DNA of 64,000 bases from an uncultured Pirellulaceae bacterium (GTDB taxonomy: Bacteria; Planctomycetota; Planctomycetia; Pirellulales; Pirellulaceae): assembly GCA_943788025.1 (NCBI GenBank), contig CALSOR010000004.1, positions 735,231-799,230 of the forward strand. Reading direction: 5' to 3'. Of this stretch, positions 58,248-64,000 are shown in pieces. The notes beneath the pieces are model-generated. The model ran no database searches and was not told where the DNA came from. It was given only the letters and a program-made list of their open reading frames with translations. Within the stretch, counting starts at the first letter, position 1. Each line of letters starts with the position of its first letter. Made by a program: the position numbers and the translations under genes.

Positions 58248-58808
58248 TTACTTATCGCGTTTTTCAAAATCCAAGGCAGCGGAATTCAGGCAATATCGCT
58301 TCCCGGTTGGCTCGGGACCGTCATTGAACACATGCCCCAAATGAGCACCACAGCTTCGGCAACTGACTTCGGTTCGGGTTTGCCAAAACAATGCATTGTC
58401 CGTGGTTAGTTTCACATTCTCTGCAACCAAAACGTCGTAAAAACTTGGCCATCCCGTTCCAGATTCATATTTCGTTGATGAGTCGAACAGCGGATCACCG
58501 CAGCAAACGCAACGATAAACTCCCTCTTCCTTGTTGTCCCAATACACACCCGTGAAAGCCCGCTCGGTTCCATGCTCCTGAGTAACACTGTATTGGATCG
58601 GACTTAGCCGGTCCTCTAGTGGCAATTCGTAGTCACTTTCTTTACCGTCATTGGCTTTACCGTCATTGGCTTTACCGTCATTGGCTTTACTGTCGTTTTG
58701 CATTCTTTCTTCCGTTGACTTTTCAACTGAATTCGAATTGAGCGAAACCGCGTAGATAGCCCCCGCGACCATGACAACTGCACACAACAGCAAAATTAAT
58801 TTCGTCAT
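58248..58808 (-). CDS. msrB: Peptide-methionine (R)-S-oxide reductase MsrB with an N-terminal signal anchor and KANDG repeats
   Basis: SelR domain with two CxxC pairs (CVCCGDPLF, CRSCGAHLGHVFNDGP) and GWPSF. The N-terminus is MTKLILLLCAVVMVAGAIYAV. Confidence 0.9.
   Translation of the reverse strand: MTKLILLLCAVVMVAGAIYAVSLNSNSVEKSTEERMQNDSKANDGKANDGKANDGKESDYELPLEDRLSPIQYSVTQEHGTERAFTGVYWDNKEEGVYRCVCCGDPLFDSSTKYESGTGWPSFYDVLVAENVKLTTDNALFWQTRTEVSCRSCGAHLGHVFNDGPEPTGKRYCLNSAALDFEKRDK
58640..58699. repeat. 15-bp in-frame tandem repeat, 3-4 copies, inside msrB (KANDG pentapeptide)
   Basis: ctttaccgtcattgg at 58640, 58655 and 58670, with a diverged copy at 58685. The protein reads SKANDGKANDGKANDGKESD. 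Confidence 0.9.
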
Positions 58809-58933
58809 TTCAACTCAACTTTCTCACGCGAACAGGGATGGCTGCTTAAATCCGCGGCAAGCTCCCTCTATTAGAGGATTCGCCGCGAAGATACATCTAG
58901 ATTCAGATGATCTCGACCTTCGGCAAACAAAGC

Positions 58934-58964
58934 TTGCGCAAAAAGCCCAACGGTTCAAATCGAG
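58934..58964 (-). terminator. Possible weak intrinsic terminator downstream of the MFS transporter gene
   Basis: The minus strand reads aaagccc-15 nt-gggcttttt, a 7-bp stem with a large loop and a short T run, about 60 nt after the stop at 59022. Confidence 0.3.
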
Positions 58965-59021
58965 GGCTTTGTAAATTCCGCTGAAACATTACGCCAGCCA
59001 AAATAGTAACATACGAATCGT

Positions 59022-60614
59022 TTACTTCGTCGGACTGTTTTTTTCATCCTCTTCAAGATGTCCTTTGTCCCAGAACGTTAGTGCAAATATCACCAAAATT
59101 CCAAATGCCATAATGGAGGGCAAAATCCAAAAACCCTTCCATTGAAGCATCGTTTCAGAAAGCAATGTGGGATCCAATTTTTCCGGCAAATCACGTGAGA
59201 ACATGCGGCCAAATGATTCAAAGAAACCAATTGCTTCACCGTCACCACTGGCTTCTTTCAGCGCCTTTCCATACTGATCAATATTTCCTACCGGCTTGCC
59301 GTAGTCACCAATAGTCCAACCAAGAAGGCTACCTGTTCCCATGATGCGGTAACCAATAAACATTCCAACACCTTGCGTCAGAAAGACCAGAAGTGCCTGG
59401 GCTTGTCCACGAATCTCTACTGGAGCCTTTTGGTCGGTGTACATGAAACCTGTCACGAAGAAGAAGTCATAACAAATGCCATGAATCGCCACGCCGGACA
59501 ATAACATCCAGCTGATCTGATCGGGTGCCCCAAAAGCGAATAGCGCGTATCGGATGACCCAACAAGCCATCCCTATCATGATCATGACCTTGAATCCAAG
59601 TCGACGGAAGAAAAACGGGATCAATAGCATAAAGAATATTTCAGACATCTGACCTAACGTCATCGTTGCCGCAGGTTGGCTGAAGCCGGTTTGTGTTAAA
59701 AACTGCGACGTCGATCCGTAGTAATATGCCAGAGGAATGCATATCAGAGTGGAACAGATGGCAAAGACCAGGAAATTCCAATCCTTCATCAGTTTCCAAG
59801 CATCCACCATCAGCAGAGACCGCACATCAAACGGCTTTCCCTTTAATGGCGGCGGAGTATTTGGCAACATAAAACAGAACAAACCCAATACGGCTGAACA
59901 AACTCCTGCCAGCCAGAAAATATTCATGCTCGACGACCAGCCAAGCCCTCCGACAACCAAACCGGCAATAATCCAGCCGATGGTTCCCCAGACGCGAATC
60001 TTTGGAAAGTCGTTTTGCTGAAGGATATGCGTGAACGCAATCGTGTTTCCAAGCCCCAATGTTGGCATGTAACAACACATATGTGCCAAAATCAACCAAA
60101 CAATAATCCCTCCGGTTCGTTGGGTTTTCTTTTCTGCTTCAGTCAATTCTTTTTCTTCACCACCGTCGGCATCTGCTTTTTCAGTACCACTCTTGGCTGC
60201 TTCTTCTTTTCCCGATTGATCCGATGCGATTTGGTCCTTTGTGCCATCTTCTTTTGCAACAACCGTTTGTTCAGCAGTTTGCGTTTCCGGCTCAATACTG
60301 CCTGCCAAACCGGGTATCACCAACAAAAACGCTGCTCCCAAAATGAGAAGCGTACCCATGACCTTTTCAGACGCAAAAAACCGATCTGCAATAAGTCCCA
60401 AGAAGAGGGGAGCAAAAATGGCTGCGATTGGAGCGGTTGCATAAGCGTCAGCAATCACGCCAGATAATCCGTTACCATTCAAAGCAGCCCCGAGAGTTGC
60501 AAACCACGCTCCCCATGTAAAAAACTGGAGGAACATCATGATTGACATCAATGGAGTTGCGTTGGAAGCAGGTTGTTTTGTCATGAGCTTTGCCGAGATC
60601 CGTTTATGCTGCAA
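59022..60614 (-). CDS. MFS transporter, nucleoside:H+ symporter (NHS/NupG-like) family, with an inserted acidic loop
   Basis: The N-terminal motif MMFLQFFTWGAWFATLG is typical of NupG/XapB-like transporters, and there are about 12 TM helices. A roughly 60-aa E/K/D/T-rich insertion lies between TM3 and TM4. Confidence 0.8.
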   Translation of the reverse strand: MQHKRISAKLMTKQPASNATPLMSIMMFLQFFTWGAWFATLGAALNGNGLSGVIADAYATAPIAAIFAPLFLGLIADRFFASEKVMGTLLILGAAFLLVIPGLAGSIEPETQTAEQTVVAKEDGTKDQIASDQSGKEEAAKSGTEKADADGGEEKELTEAEKKTQRTGGIIVWLILAHMCCYMPTLGLGNTIAFTHILQQNDFPKIRVWGTIGWIIAGLVVGGLGWSSSMNIFWLAGVCSAVLGLFCFMLPNTPPPLKGKPFDVRSLLMVDAWKLMKDWNFLVFAICSTLICIPLAYYYGSTSQFLTQTGFSQPAATMTLGQMSEIFFMLLIPFFFRRLGFKVMIMIGMACWVIRYALFAFGAPDQISWMLLSGVAIHGICYDFFFVTGFMYTDQKAPVEIRGQAQALLVFLTQGVGMFIGYRIMGTGSLLGWTIGDYGKPVGNIDQYGKALKEASGDGEAIGFFESFGRMFSRDLPEKLDPTLLSETMLQWKGFWILPSIMAFGILVIFALTFWDKGHLEEDEKNSPTK

Positions 60615-60719
60615 AAGGAGTGTTTAAACACAGCCTGAAGTAATTGGCTTATCATAAAAAAAAACGGACGCCAATGCATCCGTTTCAGGTCAACATTTTC
60701 AATAATAAATCGTTTGCTG

Positions 60720-61280
60720 TCAAAACGCAGCGGCAAGCTCTTCCAAAACAGCTGCTTCTTCATCAGATACCTTGTTTCCAAACCCCAAAACCCCCCCTGC
60801 GGCTTCCGCGACTTCTCGAGCACGACCGAGAATCCGATTTTGAAGATTGGATGCCTGATTTTCCTCCAAAGAGTTCTTCAAGCTGCCAGCATACTGCTTC
60901 CAGGCGTCAAACAGTTCCGAACCAGGAGCTTCGTCAAGCCAGCTTTCCAGAACTTCTAATGCTGCCGAATCTTTGTTCAGTCCAGACTGCTCAGCTGCTG
61001 ACATGATCGCTTCACGCTCTGCTTTTTGCATTTTCCCGTCTGCCCATGCGACTTGAACCAAAGGCAAAAGCGCGAACGACGCAAATGATGCTGGGTCAAT
61101 CTCCAAAGCGACCAATTCGTTCAACAAATCTTCATCGGTGATTCCGGACGACTTCGCAAGTGAAACTCGCTTTTCCTCCGTCGCCATTTCCGCGCGAAGC
61201 TTCTCCAATAATGCTCTGTCTTTTTGCAAAAAGAACGCACCTTCGAGTGCTCTTCCTCGTTCATCTAAACCATCATGCAT
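60720..61280 (-). CDS. TerB-like (tellurite-resistance TerB family / DjlA-N-like) protein
   Basis: 186 aa. LLPLVQVAWADGKMQKAEREAIMSAAEQ resembles the TerB-family pattern (..A.ADG....E...i..). This is a motif-level call only. Confidence 0.55.
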   Translation of the reverse strand: MHDGLDERGRALEGAFFLQKDRALLEKLRAEMATEEKRVSLAKSSGITDEDLLNELVALEIDPASFASFALLPLVQVAWADGKMQKAEREAIMSAAEQSGLNKDSAALEVLESWLDEAPGSELFDAWKQYAGSLKNSLEENQASNLQNRILGRAREVAEAAGGVLGFGNKVSDEEAAVLEELAAAF

Positions 61281-61541
61281 CGTTCATTCCTCATCCAGCA
61301 AATGCAGTTTTTCTTTTCATTTTAGGCATTCGGCACTCATCGTCGATTCGACGATGACATCTTGTTCGTCGCCTCCGAACACGCAGTTAGGATAAATCAG
61401 TCCATCTATTCCGACCAGACCTTGTCGGAACAGATCCTCAAATTGAAGAGCCAAATCGATTGTTCAATTCTTTGGCAAATCGTTTTCGGAGGTTAAGATA
61501 AAACACGGCGAAATTCATCACTTTGTCTTTTCCAAGTCAAT

Positions 61542-61907
61542 TTGTTCCGATTCCAGTTCTTCCGAAGCTCTGCTAAGGCCAATATTTTGAATGAGCCCAA
61601 CGAAAACGTCGCAAAAACTCCCAAACCGTTGACGCCAAATGAAGACGTTCAGGACCTTGACGCGAACCCCAAGGAGCATTCGGACCGCGCCAACACCGAA
61701 AAAACAATTGACGAAAACGAGAAAAAAACGTCATTCGAACAACTGGCGATTTCGGGCAACGTCGGAATCATCCGCGAATTCATCGATTTTTTGTTCAATA
61801 ACAAGAAATGGTGGCTCACACCAATCATCTTGGTTTTGCTGCTTGTCGGTGTGATGATCGCTTTGACCACCAGTGGCGCCGCTCCGTTCTTGTACACGTT
61901 CTGGTAA
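61542..61907 (+). CDS. DUF5989-like small membrane protein with a long N-terminal extension
   Basis: The C-terminal 45 aa, IIREFIDFLFNNKKWWLTPIILVLLLVGVMIALTTSGAAPFLYTFW, match the DUF5989 pattern (..KKWWLLPIILVLLLLG....G.A..PFIYTLF). The ORF starts at TTG 61542, and no ATG or GTG lies closer to the conserved part. Confidence 0.6.
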   Translation: MFRFQFFRSSAKANILNEPNENVAKTPKPLTPNEDVQDLDANPKEHSDRANTEKTIDENEKKTSFEQLAISGNVGIIREFIDFLFNNKKWWLTPIILVLLLVGVMIALTTSGAAPFLYTFW

Positions 61908-62006
61908 CCCATATTGGTCACCAAAACAAACACCGCTACCGACGACCCTTTTGCCAGTCGGGCAGCGAACAAACGCATCGGTTAAATCTCCAATCGCTAT
62001 TTCGTC

Positions 62007-62552
62007 TTATCGACGAATCACCGCTGGCGCTGCAACGGGCTTGACCTGATCAGCGATCATAAAGATGACATCGTCCCTCAAGAGTGATTTCATTTCGGCA
62101 GAAATTTTTTGGCCTGGAAAAATCTGTACAAGCATTTTCCCGGAACCCATCCCGAGCTTCCCAATCAGTTCTTTTCTCGTAATCTTGTTTCCCTTGATGT
62201 CCTTAAATCTGTAGCCGGCCGGCATAGGCCGTGATTTTCGCACCATCTTGTAACGTTCTCGCGTGCGTTCCTCGGTGATGTATTTAACAACCTGGACTTC
62301 TTTTCCGTCGACCAATTTACTTTCCCGTACCGGAACCATCACCGTATACGTTTGGGTGACTTTCGGCACGGATCGATCTGCCAAATTTTGCTCAATGAAT
62401 ATTTCGCTTCCATTTGTTTTGACCAGTTGGTATTGAATTAGCCCTCGAACCGGCTTGTCCGTATCCGCCTCTTTTTTTTCCGATTGGGCGACGCACGCAT
62501 CCGATAATGTCAGCAAAGAAATCCCGACCAACAAAACTGAAAAATGACGCAT
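62007..62552 (-). CDS. Small secreted protein of unknown function (tandem paralog 2)
   Basis: 181 aa with signal peptide MRHFSVLLVGISLLTLSDACVAQ. It is a paralog of 62624..63151 (VRGLIQYQLVKTNGSEIF..LIGKLGMGSGKMLVQIFPGQKI compared with VKGVIQFQLVKTNGGEIF..LIGKLGMGNGKMVVQVFPKQKI). Confidence 0.8.
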   Translation of the reverse strand: MRHFSVLLVGISLLTLSDACVAQSEKKEADTDKPVRGLIQYQLVKTNGSEIFIEQNLADRSVPKVTQTYTVMVPVRESKLVDGKEVQVVKYITEERTRERYKMVRKSRPMPAGYRFKDIKGNKITRKELIGKLGMGSGKMLVQIFPGQKISAEMKSLLRDDVIFMIADQVKPVAAPAVIRR

Positions 62553-62623
62553 GATTTTTCTCGATTTTACAAATTAGAAAAAGTCGCATTCGTGGGAATC
62601 AAACTTGAATCAGGGTCCTCGCA

Positions 62624-63151
62624 TCATCGATTGCGAGGTTCGTATTCCATGATGATTGTGTCTTTACTTAGTTGCAGCTTTATTGAATCTGGAATCTTTT
62701 GCTTTGGAAAAACTTGAACCACCATTTTTCCGTTTCCCATCCCTAGCTTTCCAATTAAATCCGCTTTGGAAATGGGCTTTCGATCCAATGTTTTGAACTT
62801 GTAGTTGTTCGCAGCAACCACCAATTTACGGATCGTCGGAGTCACCATTCGTTTTCTTACTTCCGTACGCGTTTTGACTACCGTCTCTGGTTTGCCATCC
62901 CTCTCAACGATGATCGTATACGGAACTTTAACCTCTTCGGTAACGACCTTTTGATTCGCATTGGGTTCCGGTACGTCTTTCACCAGAAAGATCTCGCCTC
63001 CGTTTGTTTTTACCAGCTGAAATTGAATGACCCCTTTCACCGGCGTTTCGCTGACAGCCGGCGTGGACCGCTTCTTTTGGGAGCTATTTTGCGCCAACAC
63101 TGTCGCTTGAAAATGCATCACGAAAGCCAAAAAGAATGTGATTCTAGACAT
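62624..63151 (-). CDS. Small secreted protein of unknown function (tandem paralog 1)
   Basis: 175 aa with signal peptide MSRITFFLAFVMHFQATVLAQ. It is collinear with the downstream 181-aa protein. Confidence 0.8.
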   Translation of the reverse strand: MSRITFFLAFVMHFQATVLAQNSSQKKRSTPAVSETPVKGVIQFQLVKTNGGEIFLVKDVPEPNANQKVVTEEVKVPYTIIVERDGKPETVVKTRTEVRKRMVTPTIRKLVVAANNYKFKTLDRKPISKADLIGKLGMGNGKMVVQVFPKQKIPDSIKLQLSKDTIIMEYEPRNR

Positions 63152-63212
63152 TGCTATTCCTTTGCATGAGAGATGGCACTCAATCCGCTAAAAGAGATAT
63201 GGGCCAGAGGGA

Positions 63213-64000
63213 TCACTTGGGATACGCCGTAATCACCCGATCGCCTTCCAAAACCAAACTTAATTCTTTACAGATCGGGTTCTTTTTTTGTTTGCCCTTT
63301 TGGCCACCAACGTATCCAATTCTCTTGGAGAAATAGATCGTATAAACCGTTCTATCCCGCTGTTTGGAGGAGGTCACGTTGTTACTCCCTTTTTTCGCCA
63401 TTAGATAGGCTTGATCGATTAAAGCCAGAATTTCATCCTGTTTACCGTCGAACACACCATGTATCGGCTTGCTTAAATCATCCTCAGCGTGCCGCATCAC
63501 GTGCTTGAGCCGCGTTCCCTCTCGACTTCCACGTCCGTAAATCAAACCCGCCGTTGACTTGAAATCACCGGACGGAGCCGTCGTTAGTTGACCAAGTTTT
63601 GGCTCAGCGGTTGCGCTTCCATTGCTGGATCCTGAACCTCTGGTATTGAAACCACCCGGTATTGGTGGACCGCGTGGGGTATTCGATTTTGAGTTCGGCG
63701 AACGCGGTTGCGATTTCGAATTGTATGTCTTGCTTGAGGCGTTTTCTTCGGGCGACTGGCCCGCGGAATCTTCACTCGTACTTTTTTGCGATTTGGAGTT
63801 CGAACTGGCTTCATCTTGCCCGCCGGACGTTTTTCTATCGAACTGGTTGTCTAAATCCTCTTTATCATTTTCCGCAACCTGGTTACCCTCCTCAAACACA
63901 TCGGGCAACTTCCAACCAAATTGTTGATTCAATATTGGGCGAAGAAAAAGATAACCCAATGCAGCGACCGTAATCGCCACCACGATTGTAGTCTTCCATT
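63213..64000 (-). CDS. Membrane-anchored protein with a disordered S/N/G/P-rich linker and a conserved-looking C-terminal domain (partial; the start is probably beyond the window end)
   Basis: ORF 63213..63983, but the frame stays open to nt 64000 (..WKTTIVVAITVAALGYLFL, a TM helix). The C-terminal domain reads LKHVMRHAEDDLSKPIHGVFDG..TVYTIYFSKRIGYVGG..LSLVLEGDRVITAYPK. Confidence 0.7.
   Translation of the reverse strand, partial: WKTTIVVAITVAALGYLFLRPILNQQFGWKLPDVFEEGNQVAENDKEDLDNQFDRKTSGGQDEASSNSKSQKSTSEDSAGQSPEENASSKTYNSKSQPRSPNSKSNTPRGPPIPGGFNTRGSGSSNGSATAEPKLGQLTTAPSGDFKSTAGLIYGRGSREGTRLKHVMRHAEDDLSKPIHGVFDGKQDEILALIDQAYLMAKKGSNNVTSSKQRDRTVYTIYFSKRIGYVGGQKGKQKKNPICKELSLVLEGDRVITAYPK

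Noticed and set aside
58120-58344. 74-aa plus-strand ORF across the 14-bp repeat
   Set aside because: Its sequence (FSVQIFQCRFFSADFSVQIFQC..) is an artefact of translating a repeat whose period is not a multiple of 3. It also overlaps the msrB 3' end.
61337-61357. Perfect 9-bp inverted repeat (tcatcgtcg-att-cgacgatga) in the divergent gap 61281-61541, considered as a possible operator
   Set aside because: A 9-bp stem with a short loop is expected by chance a few times in 64 kb. No regulator gene is adjacent.
1-64000. Mobile elements, prophage, defence islands, rRNA, tRNA or tmRNA
   Set aside because: No transposase, integrase, phage or known defence motifs appear in any long ORF, and no tRNA-like cloverleaf or rRNA sequence was recognised by eye. 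A covariance-model scan would be needed to exclude small ncRNAs.

Overview
The window reads as a chromosomal, mostly core-genome segment of a Planctomycetota bacterium, probably Pirellulales-like. This placement rests on signature families recognised by motif: a PSCyt1/DUF1549/DUF1553 + DUF1501 gene pair, DUF1570, an SHD1 domain, DUF11 repeats, Tat-signal Gfo/Idh/MocA, and many secreted proteins of unknown function. Two conserved housekeeping clusters lie on the minus strand: coaE-rho-ribH-nusB-ftsY (12.8-17.5 kb) and nusA-infB-rbfA (44.5-49.7 kb). Other recognisable genes are an acyl-CoA ligase with a FadB-like crotonase protein, a PAP2 phosphatase, threonine synthase, MsrB, an NHS-family MFS transporter, DUF423, alpha/beta hydrolases and a flavin-reductase-like protein. 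I saw no rRNA, tRNA, CRISPR array, transposase, integrase or known defence system. No complete novel multi-gene system can be supported from sequence alone. The points most worth a second look are: (1) a FabF-fold ketosynthase homolog whose Cys-His-His triad reads Glu-His-Asn and which has no fab or PKS neighbours; (2) a NanM/Kelch-like propeller fused to a sodium:solute symporter; (3) three single-nucleotide frame disruptions (secretin-like gene, DUF1501, and the essential infB), each repaired by a 1-nt change; (4) many short tandem repeats, with intergenic periods of 14-24 bp and coding periods of 15 or 18 bp; (5) two tandem pairs of secreted paralogs, and a histone-H1-like tail on an HhH protein next to the translation operon. 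All homology calls come from motif recognition by eye, not from database searches.
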